DNA of 64,000 nt from Octopus sinensis (GCF_006345805.1 NC_043000.1:58590001-58654000), one strand, 5' to 3'. Numbered from the stretch's first letter, positions 41,691 through 56,844 are shown. Made by a program: numbers and translations. The notes: a model not told the origin generated them from the sequence alone.

Positions 41691-41824
41691 ATTATTCTGT
41701 TTGACTTTTACTTTACATTTGTACAAGCTGGCTCCAAGTCTCAAGAGACAAGTTGGAAGTTTGTATTGGTGTTATGCCTAGGGTGCCTTATATTTGGTTT
41801 TGTACTTAGTGTTTTACTAGTGAA

Positions 41825-42960
<1,136 letters not shown>

Positions 42961-42975
42961 CCTACTATTATTATG

Positions 42976-43018
<43 letters not shown>

Positions 43019-43056
43019 TTTAAAAGGATTGACATAACTCTTCAAAAAGGTAAACA

Positions 43057-43769
<713 letters not shown>

Positions 43770-44059
43770 TATTCTTCTTCTTCTTCTTCTTATCATCATC
43801 ATCATCATCATCATCACCATCACCATCATCATCATCATCATCATCATCATCATTATTATTATTATTATTATTATTGTTATTATTAAGGTGGTGAGCCGGT
43901 AGAATTGTTAGTACACCTAGCACAATGCTTGACAGTATTTCGTCTGTTGCTATGTTCTGAGTTTAAATTCTGCCAAGGTCAACATTGCCTTTCATCCTTT
44001 CGGGGTCAATAAATTAAGTACCAGTGAAACACTGGGGTTGATGTAATCAACTCATTATT

Positions 44060-45960
44060 AGGCACTCTTGTTTGACCTTCCTAAAGATTACTATATCCAG
44101 CACTCGGTGCTCTAACACCTTGTCTGTCTGGAAGTTAAAGTCCCAGAGGACTTTTGCTTTCCCCTTGTCACCCATTACCTTTTCCAGTGTATGTTTGTAC
44201 TAAGCACCTGTTACCTTGTATCCATACTTCTGGCATAGTAGCCAGTAAGGTTTTGGGCTACTTTGTTGTCTCTACATTTGTACTCTTTCTGCACAAGACT
44301 CACAAGCACTAACAATGTGAGTCATGCTTTCAACCCTCTTCCCACACATTCTGCAGAGTGTACTTGTGTGGTACATATTCATTTTCACTGAGTTGGTATT
44401 TCAATGCCTGATCCTGAGTGGCAATGATTAGGCTTTCAGTTTTCTTTTTATGGTCACCCTTGCTGAGCCACCTCCATGATGCTTCCTGGTCTTTTAAGTT
44501 GTTAGTTTCACAGTGGAACTGACCATGTAATTCCATGTAGAGAAGAGTTTCTTTTTTCCTGTTGGCTATTCGTGATCAGAATTGATTAGCCTTCTCAAGT
44601 CCATTTTTGGTAAATCCTTCTGCATTAGCAGTATACTGTAGCAGGTCTTGTTTGCTGCTTACCAAATACTCCGCCATGTTTCTTCTTTCCATGTTGATGC
44701 ACTCCTATACGCTAATCAGCCCACGTCCACCTTTACACCTATTCATGTGGAGCCTGTGTATGTTTGCCTTAAGCTGGAAGGCACCATGCATTGTCATTGT
44801 CTTTTGAGTAGTGCAAGTGAATTGGTTAATCTCTTCTCGTGTCCATTTCAGGACGGGTGCACTATGGCGGACAGCAGCAACAGCCCATTTGTTGATGGCA
44901 ATCACAAGGTTCCTTGAGTTCAATTTTGATTTCAAGAGAAGTTTGAGGTGCTTCAAATATGCAGTGATGACCTTGTCTTTCATTTCTCTGTGCAAGATAT
45001 TGTCCAACTCTAAGGATCCCAAGGTACTTGTACCCACCATCATCCAGGTCTTCCATTCACTCTCCATTTGGCAATTCTATGTCCCTATAATCTGCTCTTT
45101 TCCCCCCTTTTAAAATGACCACTGCATACTTTGAGATACCGAATCCCATCCCTATATCCTTGCTGTACATCTACACAGTCTCAACCAGCCTCTTTATTTC
45201 AGGTTCTGCTTTTACAAACAGGTTAAATAATCCATGAAGAGTGGTTGAGACGAGGTTCATTCTTTCACAGCTCATAGCGCATTTTGACTTCATGTAGAAC
45301 TACAGAAAGTGGGATCAAGGATATAACAAATAACAAAGGTGAACAAGAGTCTCCCTGGAAGATACCTCTTTTGATTGTTACTTTGGCTAAGTGCTGGTTG
45401 TTACAGAAAAAGACGTGTTTTCCAACTAGCCAAGCTGTTCCTAATCAGTATACACATGTTCTCAGCTGTTCCACACTTGTTGAGTGTTCTAAAATCCATG
45501 AATGAGGCAACATGTCATAAACCTTTAAAGTCTATCTAGGCCATGCACAAGTTTTTTTGGTACCATTTGCAGTTCTTCATTACAACCTTGACAATCACAA
45601 GGTGGTCCTTGGTACCCCTCGATCCTTTTCAGCATCCCTTTTATTCTACTGGAAGTAGATCGTTTTCTGCAAAGCATGTATATATTTTCCCTGCAAAGAT
45701 GCCTGTTAACACTTTCCAGAGGAGGTTAAGGCAAGCAATGGGTCAGCAATTGGCCAACCTCATTGCTCTTTGACTGATCTTTCATCAACAATGTTGTCTT
45801 TCGTTCTACAACTTACTCCGGAACTGCACCACTCAATAGGTAACTCATTGCAATGCAGTTCATTTGTGTGTTGACCTAAACCACTTGAGCCAGTAGCCTT
45901 GAATTCCATCTGGCCCTGCCGCTTTCCAGTTAGGTGGGTTTGATACCTGTGCAATGACAT
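44060..45960 (-). mobile_element. R4/Dong-like non-LTR relic with RT domain
   Basis: GIFQGDSCSPLLFVISLIPL, LFMDYL (decayed YMDD), YKYLGI, KLNSRNLVIAINKWAV, KGGRGL, KKTESLIIATQDQAL. Confidence 0.85.
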
Positions 45961-46051
45961 CTTCTGTTGTTATGCACACATTATCATGCACACATATTGC
46001 ATTATTATACACATTTTATTATGCATACATATGATTATTTAAGATGTTGCA

Positions 46052-46091
46052 CATACCATTTTGCTTATGTGTCCATAAGCAAAATGGTATG
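46052..46091. repeat. Perfect 18-bp hairpin, 4-nt loop
   Basis: CATACCATTTTGCTTATG-TGTC-CATAAGCAAAATGGTATG. Confidence 0.95.
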
Positions 46092-46371
46092 ATTTAAACA
46101 TATTCAGCCTTTCCTTTTCCTCTCTAGACTCTTCTTCTTTTCTTTTACGTATGTATTTTTTTCACTCTGATGAAGCTCCATGTTCTAGACTGGTTTTCCT
46201 AGAAAATATTATGAATATTATTTTCAGCATATCAATGGCAATACCATATAACATTGGAAGCAGAAACAGTTGTTAGATGGGATGCAGTATATTTGTATTG
46301 AATTAAAAAATAATACTTGATGTAAGTCAATTGTTGTTGATCAATATTTCTCCATTTTCTATTTGCTTTAA

Positions 46372-46414
<43 letters not shown>

Positions 46415-46921
46415 TATTGAAATGGATAAATGAATTATCTTGTTACGGATTATTCAAAAGATAACCGATACCTGGGTAGCAAAAATCACATAGGCAATTT
46501 CTCACACCCAAACACTATAGCACTCATTCTTAAAACAATTCGAATATTAACACCAATCATACAGAATACATTCTCACTCTTTGATTTTCCTGTAACCCTC
46601 CCCCCTGTTAGCCGGATTTTGACCTTGATTTATCTCAACGGACTTTTTCGTCGGCTTTCACCCAGCCTGCCGTCAACGCATATTGAGAGACAGTTTAGTG
46701 CCATTTATCCCATGGGCTCCTCGCGAGCGTTTGTCGAAAAGCTTGATGTGCATTTTGTTGGAGAATTAAGTTCCTGGATTTTCCTGAAGAGAAGGCTGCA
46801 AAATGGTCTCCTTATTCAATCCGAATTAGGGACTTTGCAGCCTTTGAAACATATGTAGAAAATAATAAAAACGAATTTTGTTAAATCTTCGTTCAGCTCC
46901 ATTACTTCCTACACTAAATAT

Positions 46922-46959
<38 letters not shown>

Positions 46960-47049
46960 CTACATATGTGGAAAATCGTTGTGTGTTTGTTCATGGCGTT
47001 GTTAGCTAACTCCTCTTACATCATTTTATTAATTTTAATGAAACTTGCC

Positions 47050-48270
47050 ACGTGAGTAGAACTCATGTCTGGAAACCTTATGACATACTTAAATTGTTGA
47101 AAAAATCGATAATACGGCCCCTGGAAGGGACATTTACATCTACCTCATATAACTAATTTTCTTTTTAAACACCCAAGGGAAATAACCCATAGCATCTGCA
47201 CAATATTTATTTTTAAACACTCAAGGGAAATGGTCCATTTCGTTGTTTATGTTCAATTACTTTGAATATCGATTTTTTTGTGTGTCCAATTTCTACTTTT
47301 TGCAGACAATATCACTTTATTTGACACATGTGTAGAACTCATGTCTGGAAACCTTGTGACATACTTAGATTGTTGGAAAAAATCGATAATAGGGCTCCTC
47401 CTATTCTTCTATCTACTATATATTACTAATATTTTATTTAAACAACCCAAGGGAAATAACCCATACCACCTGCAGTTGTTAGCGAAGTGATCAATATATG
47501 ATTCTCACGATCAGCCAACCTATTTCTGCATTTCACTACTCACAGTTTTGAACTGCTAAACATTATTATTGCACTTCCTTAATTTGAATCTTAAACTTTA
47601 AAAACTTCATTCATACATTTCTATACATTTCTATACATACATACTTTTTTGAATTATCTGATAATTCTGCATTTTTACAGTTACGCTTTTTCCATGACAG
47701 TTGATAAATTTTTTATTCCACAACGTATTTGTAGTAGCTTCATGTGAGCATAGCGTGGATTCGATTGCCAAATTTCACTTAACACTTCAACAGTGCTTTT
47801 CTCACGGTAAAACAATAGTTTTTCTGTGAATGACAGCAATTATGCATCTCCTAGATGCCTTCGCTAAGCAGAATAATGTCTTTGCCACTTGACCCTTCTA
47901 ACCTCTTCTAGGCCATCACTGGCTGGAATGGAGATAACAGGTCTCCAGCAAAATCATGTTCTCAACAATACGGCTGCTTTTCAATAGTTATAAAAACAAG
48001 AACTCTGTAAGCTAAAGACAGTCACTGAGAGCGACCATCAGTGAGTGTGAATGTTATTATTGCACTTTCTTCAAACAATTCATTTATATATTTATATAAC
48101 CTGTCTCACCAACCTCCAGCAATCTCTCTCTCCTCCAGCTGACAGATTTTTGTACTTTTCCGTGATGGAAAATACACCTTTTGTGGCAGTTATAAAGAAA
48201 TTGCTTTCTTATATCAAAGTAATAAGGCATTTCAATAGAACATCTTTTCTCTCCGGGAACTACCTGGTAC
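47050..48270. mobile_element. Probable decayed DNA-transposon relic with about 150-bp internal direct repeat (about 47050 and 47325)
   Basis: GTAGAACTCATGTCTGGAAACCTT.TGACATACTTA x2; AAAC..CAAGGGAAAT x3; no clean catalytic motif readable. Confidence 0.35.
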
Positions 48271-48327
48271 ACCAGTTAGTATATATATATATATATATAC
48301 TCACACACACCACACACACACACATAT

Positions 48328-48361
<34 letters not shown>

Positions 48362-48444
48362 ATATATATATATATACACATACATATATGTATATATATA
48401 TGTATATATACACACACACATATATTTATATATATATATAAAGT

Positions 48445-48670
48445 TAATCCAAACAAGAAAGCACAAAAAAACACAACAACGCGAGGACGTGGAACAAATA
48501 TAGTATTATTGGACGCTCAGGAAAGAAGGAAAGAAGGAGGGTTTAACGTTTCGAGTGGAGCTCTTCATCAGAAACATAGGAGAAGGAAAGATCCAGAGAA
48601 GGGAAGACAGTGGAAAAAAAAATCGCCAACGGTACACACACGGTCACATTTTGAAAGATCGGAAGGAAAT
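48445..48670 (-). mobile_element. About 230-bp non-coding unit carrying a minimal hammerhead motif; relatives at 61233-61460 and (truncated) 9789-9885
   Basis: Shared ACAACAACGC.AGGA.GT...GCTCA.G.AAAG...CTCTTC.TCAGAAACA...GGAAGAC.G..GAAAAAA..CATTTTGAA; each embedded in TA/CA repeats. Confidence 0.7.
48541..48575 (-). ncRNA. Minimal type I hammerhead motif on the pre-mRNA strand
   Basis: GUUU-CUGAUGA-A-GAG(CUCCA)CUC-GAAAC-GUU^AAAC; palindromic AACGUU helix III. Confidence 0.65.
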
Positions 48671-49059
48671 ATATATATATATATACATATATGCCTTTGT
48701 GTATGTGCTTGTTTCCCACCCCTGTGTGACAACCAGTGTTGGTTTGATTACATTCCTGTAACTTAGTAGTTTAGCATTAGAGGCTAATAGAAAAAGCCTT
48801 TAAAAGAGATAAGTACTGGGGATGATTCATTTGAATAAAACCCTTCAAGGCAGTGCCCCAGCATGTCCAGAGTCAAATAGTTTGAAACAAGTAAAAAACT
48901 TCATTTATAGTATATACATATACATTAAGGTATAACTGTGCAATATGACAGTAACTGTTATTTCTGTATGAATTTTAGCTTGACATGATCTTAACGTGGC
49001 AATCACTAAAGCAAAGAGGAAGACTTGCTAGACAAGAGAAGAAAAAGAAATCTACTCAC

Positions 49060-49349
49060 TCAATCATTGCCAAACCTGGTATCCCATCCACTATTTTCAC
49101 TCGTAGTGTAGCATTTGCTTTCCTGTCTCCTTTTTCAGCTATCACTAAGAAGTCATATGATTCATTTATTTTCATCCATTGAGTATTAAACGATATGCTT
49201 CCTGCAGTAAAGCTAAGTTTTCCAGGACCATTACCAAAACATCCACCTTTATCAGAAGACAAACTTGGAGGGCCAACAGTCCCTTCATCTTCAGTAATTT
49301 CATATTTCTGTTTGTATCCACTACAATACCATATGAAATTTGTAAATCC
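49060..49349 (-). CDS. PKD1-like exon E5 (REJ)
   Basis: TTTTCAG|GGA acceptor, GA|GTGAGT donor; 290 nt, phase 0 to 2; GFTNFIWYCSGY...GGCFGNGPGKL...KIVDGIPGLAMI(E). Confidence 0.9.
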
Positions 49350-50537
49350 CTGAAAAAAAATTTATAGATCTTAGAACAAAGAGAAATACCATTTAAAAAA
49401 AATATTTTTGTGTATTTGGGTGTAGGTGTTGGGGCGTAAGGTTGGATTTGATTGGACATCATCTCATTTTTTAAATTTCCCTTTTCCCATGCTTACATGG
49501 GTCACAAAGAATTTGCTGAAACAGATTTTCCATAGCCAGGTGCCCTTCCTGTTGCCAACCTCATCCTGTTTTCAAGTTAGGTAGTATTTCCTTATGGTGA
49601 GACATGTTTACACAAGATTGGAAATGAAGGGCACCACTTGTATTATAGTGATGCTGGTTAATGATTATCATATACTATGTGGAGACAAGGAAGTTCAAAC
49701 ACACACACACACATACACACATTTATATTTATATATATATATATGATGGGCATCTTTTTGTTTCTGTCTACCAAATCTACTTCCAATGGTTTGGTCAGCC
49801 CAGGGTATAATAAAAGATGCTTGCCCAAGGTGTCATATTGTAGGACTGAACCAGAAACCATGTGGTTGAGAAGAAAACTCCCTAATCACTCAGCATGTTA
49901 AAACCAATATCAGTGTAATATGGTAGAGTTATATTTATTCAGCAATTTTCCATTTAATTACAACACACTGACCATTAAATAATGATTCTGTTTTCTGTTT
50001 TAATCAGAGTCAACATCAATAAATAGGATGCAAGGATGTAACATGGTCTGACAGTAATAATCAAGTAATGAAATAAATAAAAGTAAAATTAATTAACACC
50101 ATATTTGTCTATCAAAGTGAAGGCATGTATCTTAGAGGTTAGGTCATTTGGCTCACGATTGTTAGATTGTGAGTTTGATACCTGGCAGCAAACTGTGTCC
50201 TTGAGCAAGCCGCTTTATTTCATGTCATTCCAGTCCTTTCAGCTGGCAAAAATGAGAAGTACCCGTATTTCAAAGGGCTAGCTTTGTCGTATTCTGTGTT
50301 ATGCTGAATCCCTCTGAGAACTGTGTTAACTGTGGAGTGCTCAGCCAGCTGCATGTTAATTTCATGAGCAGAATGTTCCTTTGATCAAATCAACTGTAAC
50401 CCTCATTGTCACAACCAACAGAGTGTTAGTGTTTGTCGAATGAAAAACATTACCATAACTATCAAAATACAAATTACCAATTTCAGCTTCACTTTAAAAA
50501 ATTTTAAACCCATTTTAGCCATAGTTAAAATTTGGGT

Positions 50538-50769
50538 TTAACCCATTAACATTTAAACCAGCCATATTCGGTCAAATATTCTATCTGTTTTATGTTCAGA
50601 CCAGCCAGATCTGGCCTCTCATACCTTACCCTACAGTTTCATTCTAAAAATACATAATCACATCTTCAAAATCAAGTAGCTATGAGAAAATGAATGATTA
50701 ATTCAAAGCAACGTGAATAAATAAGCATTACATTTGACAGAATAACTTGAATGATTAAATTGTGATTAA
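50538..50769. mobile_element. Short TTAA-bounded MITE-like repeat (piggyBac-type end)
   Basis: Starts TTAACCC; right end decayed, near TTAA; non-coding. Confidence 0.45.
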
Positions 50770-51510
50770 GGTAGTGATTTATCACCCCACCAGACAAAAC
50801 ATCCCTTGTCCTCAATGGTTATATTCTTAAAGAGGTTGAGAGTTTCAAATACCTTGGCACCATCATTACAGCTACAGGTCAAGGTAAGGCTGACATTAAA
50901 ACACGAATCGACCTCGCTCGCCAAGCCTTCAGCCAACTCAATGCACAACTCTGGTCAAGATCTGAGATCCAACGCACCACCAAAGTACGGATCTACCAAG
51001 CACTAGTTTGAACAATTCTCCTCTATGGCAGCAGGTCATGGCCGATAAGGGTGGAAGATATTAAGCGACTAGAATCCTTCGATCACCTCTGTCTACGCTG
51101 CATTCTTTGTGTCCAATGGCATCACTTTGTCTCCAACAATTCGGTGCGACACCAGTGCAAAATCACCTCCCTTTGACAAGTCATCCTAACTAGACATCTG
51201 CATTGCCTGGCTCATGCCCTCTGTTGTCAACCAGGAGAATTCATCTACGAAGCAATTGCCCCAGCTCCCCTTCAGAATTGGCAAAAACGATGTAGTGGAC
51301 AACAAAAAAACCTGGCTGATGACAGTCAAGGCTGATCTGGAACCCAACCTAGGTCCCTATACCTACGGTGTTTGCTGCTGGAATGGTTGGAGATCATGCG
51401 GTCGTTAGCCTCAAATCGCCAGGCCTGGTCGGCGTTTGTGAGAGATGCAGCATTGAGGATGAATGAAGCCAGCTTAACCCACCCGGGTGAATGCTGTCTC
51501 AAGACAAGAA
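50770..51510 (+). mobile_element. RTE-clade LINE 3' fragment
   Basis: LVLTILLYGSRSWPIRVEDIKRLESFDHLCLRCIL and QKTWLMTVKADLE motifs. Confidence 0.75.
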
Positions 51511-52209
51511 GAGTGATTTATCCTGTATAAAGTTGTATGAAATGTATGAGTTAATATGTGTTTCATGCTTTTTGTAAAAACATTAGTGGTGGTAAGTGAA
51601 AGGGAATTCCCACAACTAAGAAATCAGCTTGTGGATTCAGATTTAACGCTACAACCTAGTATGGCCATTGGGCACCCTTAACAGGGTTTGTTCTATTGTA
51701 AGCTTTTAGATTAGATCTTTGTCTCTAGAAAAACTCTTTCCTTGCAAGGTACAAAAGCTTATGTGTACTATCCTTTTCTCCTCTGAAAAGCTATTAAAGA
51801 AAATCTCGTTTTTTTTGCCCCTACCCAATAACCCAAAAAACGTCTCTTATTCCATCACCCAATCACTTCTTCCAAGACATTTATTTTTAATGCATTTGTA
51901 TTATTTGAATTCCAAGAAATTAACGAATGCTTAATTCAATTATCATTAATATATAAAATTCACCATTTAGACATTAGAAATATTAATGCTATTGTGGCAA
52001 AAAGGGTAGTAGATGGGGAGGATTGGTAGAGCATCATACAAAAGAATTTTATAGTATTAGTTACATCCTTGTTATTCACTGAGTTCAAATTACACTGAAT
52101 TTAACGGTGCATTTCATCCTTTCAGGGCTTAATAAAAATAATTACTGGTTAAGCACCTCATTTTGCAAAAGAAATTACATCTATTGTAGAAATCAATATT
52201 AAAATAGAT

Positions 52210-52554
52210 AATACAGTTCTATATTTAAGAAATGAGGAAATATGTACATTATTTACACTCGACGAATATTTGTCCTCATCTTGTTTGTTGTTAACATGTT
52301 TTGGCTGATATACGCTCTAGCCTTCTTCAGGTATCTTGGGGAAATTTTGAACCTGGGTTCTCATTCCTAAGGTATTATTTCGATGTTATTACTATTATTA
52401 TTATTATTATTTTTTTTTTTCTTCTTTCAAATTTGCTTCCATTTCTTGCCGAGTGTCTTCCTGACTCCTAGGGCAAAGAAATTCATGGTATACATTGGTA
52501 GGCCATATTATTATTATTATTATTATTATTATTGTTTGGGTCACTGACCTGAAC

Positions 52555-52609
<55 letters not shown>

Positions 52610-52797
52610 TCGAAAAAATACCTTAGGAATGAGAATCCAGGTTCGAAATTTCCCCAAGTCACCTGAAGAAGTCTGGAGGGTATATCAGCTGAAACATGTT
52701 AACAACAAACAAGATGCGGACAAATATCCGTTGAATGTAAATAATGTGAATAATGTAAATAATTTACATAATTCCTCATCTCTTAAATATAGAACTG
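52210..52797. mobile_element. Inverted pair of PLE terminal repeats (about 190-bp arms) flanked by a 13-bp direct repeat
   Basis: Ends TACAGTTCTATATTTAAG / CTTAAATATAGAACTGTA; TATTAAAATAGAT at 52197-52209 and 52798-52810; arms match 5878-6033; each arm has a damaged hammerhead motif. Confidence 0.85.
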
Positions 52798-53008
52798 TAT
52801 TAAAATAGATCATCAGAAAATAGATACATAAAAAAAGATACTCTTTTGTCTGTTAGACAACTAGCATCCAGTCAGTAATATCTCTAAACAATTCTCCGTT
52901 GCAGAAACAGAAATACACTGATGGCAGTCTAGTATGCCAATAATTTTAGGACAAATTAGACAATGACAGGAAATAATTCTGCTATCTGTGAAGAAACTAT
53001 AATCTTAC

Positions 53009-53893
53009 CTGATTGCCATCTCTTGGAACATCTGGATCATAAGAATATTTTTCTGGTGAAAGTGTTAATATTGTATTGATACCCCACAATCTTTCTGATG
53101 CTCCACCATTTTCAATCATAATAACTAGGTCAGAACTTATTATCTTCAAATATGTGGAAACCTTTGTCTGAAAGACTTCCTGATTTGGAAATTCAGTTGG
53201 GTCCATTTTTACATTATAAATTACTTTATAAAATCCTGTTTCTAATATACTTGGTTCTATTGCCAATTCTGCAAAGTTTATTGAAGGATTGTCAAGCAGA
53301 GTAACTGGTTCACCTATCTCTTCTCCACTGTTAGGATCTGCAGGTATTATAGACCATAACTTGATATTCTTCAAAGTGTGTTTGCAACTTATTGTCGTCT
53401 TTGTCAGGAATCGTACCAATTTATTTCTTTTAACTACTAAAGGTTCCATAAAGTTATAACTAACTTCTCGTATAACTATATGTGGAGGTTCACATTGCAC
53501 ATCAGAAATGACAATTAATTTCTCAGAAGTGAAATTTCCAAAGATGTCTGCAGCAAGAACACTGACTTTGTAAGTTCCTGGTGTAGCGAAGTTGTGGGTC
53601 CAAGACATTTCGTTTAGAACAGAATCCTTGGCCATAGTTTTATATTCTTCCGGACATGCTACAGAAGCACCATATACATAAGCAGGTGTTTCATCACCTA
53701 GATCAAGAACTAAACATGTTGAGCTTGAAATGGTTGGTAGACTAACTTGTATAGTAGTTTCATTATCTACTTTATTCTGTTTGGGTACACTCAGTATCAA
53801 ACCGGTAAGGCTGTCAGCGACAGCAATTTGAATTGTTTTATCTTGGGATGAATAAAAGTTTTTAGCAGAGATAGTTATATCATAGTTTCCAGG
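53009..53893 (-). CDS. PKD1-like exon E4 (PKD-like folds and start of REJ module)
   Basis: TTTGTAG|CCT acceptor, CAG|GTAAGA donor; 885 nt, phase 0 to 0; PGNYDITISAKNFYS...LDLGD...HNFATPGTYKVSV...SPEKYSYDPDVPRDGNQ (REJ-type S.DPD motif). Confidence 0.93.
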
Positions 53894-54382
53894 CTACAAA
53901 AAAGAAAATTATGTTATTAAATTATTGACAAATATGATATTTCTTAACTTAAAACAAAATATGAAGCAGTCAATGTCTGAAAGCACTAATTGATAAACCA
54001 AAGTCATTTAATTAAATTTAGTTGGTCAGTGTTCCTCAGAGCTTCTCATTGCCAGTTGTTTTCAATTTCATTATTAATTTTGAGGATGTACAATTTTAGT
54101 TGTTCAACAAAAAAATTAGTCTTTTCCTAACATTTATGTTGCTTAGATTACTAGTCATACCACCTTATTATTTCAGTATACTCTTTTACTCTTTTACTTG
54201 TTTCAGTCATTTGACTAGAGCCATTCTGGAGCACTGCCTTTAGTCAAACAAATCGACCCCAGGACTTATTCTTTGTAAGTCCACTATTTATTTTATATTG
54301 GTCTCTTTTGCTGAACTGCTATGTTATGAGGATGTAAACACACCAAGTGATGGTGGAGAAACAAACAGGCACACACAAATAT

Positions 54383-54450
<68 letters not shown>

Positions 54451-54649
54451 CAGGCTTCTTTCAGCTTCCATCTACCAAATCCACGTACAAGGAGACTTGC
54501 CAAAGGTGACAAGCAGTGGGGCTGAATCCAGAACCATGTAGTTGGGAAGCAAGGTTCTTACCACACAGCTACACTGTGCCTATGTTGATAAATATTTCAT
54601 AGGCTCTTGAAGATATGAAAATTGCATTCTTCTAATCTTATTTGAAAAT

Positions 54650-54805
54650 AAACTATGAAGAGTCAGTACTGGTCTGCCATTTATGTACAAATGATCTAAA
54701 CTTAGACCGTGTTATGGACAGAATGAGATGATTGAGTATAGCTGTTTGGACACCACTGGTTAGGCACAGCTGATTGATTATTGAGGCTTTTTGGTACTAG
54801 GGGGT

Positions 54806-54843
<38 letters not shown>

Positions 54844-55336
54844 ACACACATGCATACACACATGCACACTTCTGCAGAAATATACATATACAAAAAATAA
54901 AGGGAGAGAGAGAGAGAGATTACAATCTATAAGTTAAACACAATTGGTATAAACATTTCTCCCTCCTCAAACACATGAAGGGAAATATGTTCTCTCACAT
55001 AATCAGAGACAAACAGACAGACAGACAAATATACAAACAGATAGACAGATGGACAGAGACAACGAATGAGAGAAATATCAAGATGTCTGATGTTAGATTA
55101 GTCAGTGTTAAATCAACAAAGCCAAATAGGCAAGGCGAAAATGCTTCATACCCTGTTATAGAGTTATAACAGGGTATTGTTTTTTTAATACCAGCAAACT
55201 GTGAGGAGGAAGCCCAACCATCAACAGACAAATTTCAATGGGCAGAAAAGCTAATCAAACAACATCAAAGTGAGATTTGTATCTCAGTGAAACAAGTACA
55301 TTTCTTTGGTCATCCCACTACTTCTCTATACTTCTA
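54650..55336 (+). repeat. Segmental direct repeat copy A (copy B at 58259-58936)
   Basis: Colinear near-identity from AAACT.TGAAGAGTCA to CATCCCACTACTTC. Confidence 0.95.
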
Positions 55337-56743
55337 GTCATTTTGTCTATGCCTTGCCACTGGATCAGAAATTCAAGGTTGAGAGAATGAGGCTGGCCAC
55401 TCAATTAAGTTTTCCATCACCATAACCTGAGTTTAGTGCAAGTCGAAACTGAAAATAATTTTAGTATTCTTCTTTTAGCATTTTTGTTGCCATTGAAGAC
55501 ATGTTGTTAAAGAATCATTTGACATGAATATTCACCACACATAACAATAAATAACCTATATCTCCCTCCATGCCCAGTAGCTTGTATCTCTCAATCATTA
55601 CACAGTAGTCAAATCATTATTTATTAACCAACAGCCTGTACATCACTTGTTTTGCTGTTACATATACATCACTAATTACTCTTCTATCATCTTAAAGTAG
55701 CATACCCTGAGTTAACTTCTGTCTTTGTCATTTTTAAGAAAAGTCTCTCTCAGTCACTGGCTGCACCATCACCCACACTCCCAAAATTTCAAATGTGATG
55801 AAACAGTCAAATACAATTACCTAATTTTATAACCTTGATTTTTTTTTTTTTATTCTTCAGTGGCCACCAGTACAATTTCCATAGAACCAGATTTCATCAC
55901 CAATGTCATACATCAATAGTTTCATGCCTTTGAGAAATTTGACAAAATTGACACCACTGCCTTTGATTTTAGAAAAGCTTTTGTCCATGTCTGGCGTAAA
56001 AATTTCCAACCAAAGTTGCCCACTTAAATGATCTTTTAATGCACATGAGTATATTCAAAGGCAGCAAGCTGGCAGAATCGTTATAACGATGGGCAAAACG
56101 CTTAGCAGCATTTCATCCATCTTCATATTTTGAGTTCAAATTCTGCCCAGATCAACTTTGCATTTCATCCCTTTCAGGGTTGTTAAAATAAGTACCAGTT
56201 GAGTACTGGGGTCAATATAATCGACTTAGTTCCCGAACTCACTGGCCTTATGCCAAAATTTGAAGTCAATATACATGAGTATATTATTTTTTTCTATATT
56301 TTCTATATTGACCTTCTTCATCTCTCTTCACATGCTAATACATCAATTATAATTTATCCTTTATAGAGTAACTCATAGTCACTCTATAGTTAATAACCAA
56401 TATATCACCCTTTGTATAGTAATATATAATGCACACTTTACAAAAAAACACTTGCTCACAAAGATTTTAGGATATCAGACTATCAATCAAATAATATCAA
56501 AACTTTGCTGTATCCTTGCTAAACATACTTGATGTTCATTGCTTATATTATCTGGCTAAAAATAGACATTAGAAGCAGTGAATAACTTTTGAGCATTTTG
56601 TTAGATTATAATAATCTTCATTCTCAATCAAAAGATATAGAAGAGACTTAGTGCAGAGTATTTTTTTTTGTAAGTAATTCATCTTGAAAGAAAATCTTTA
56701 CAATATAATAACTTGTGCAATATTTAATAATCAAACAACTTAC

Positions 56744-56844
56744 ATCTGACCAATTAAAAGTGACAGGTGATGAAGAATTAAAATAAATAGTTGTATCACC
56801 ATTATCTGTATTTGTTACTGTCACTGTGTAATTTTCAACGGTTC
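56744..56844 (-). CDS. PKD1-like exon E3
   Basis: TTTAAAG|GA acceptor, GAT|GTAAGT donor; 101 nt, phase 1 to 0; (G)TVENYTVTVTNTDNGDTTIYFNSSSPVTFNWSD, joining PGNY of E4 to complete a PKD-type W..PG.Y motif. Confidence 0.8.
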
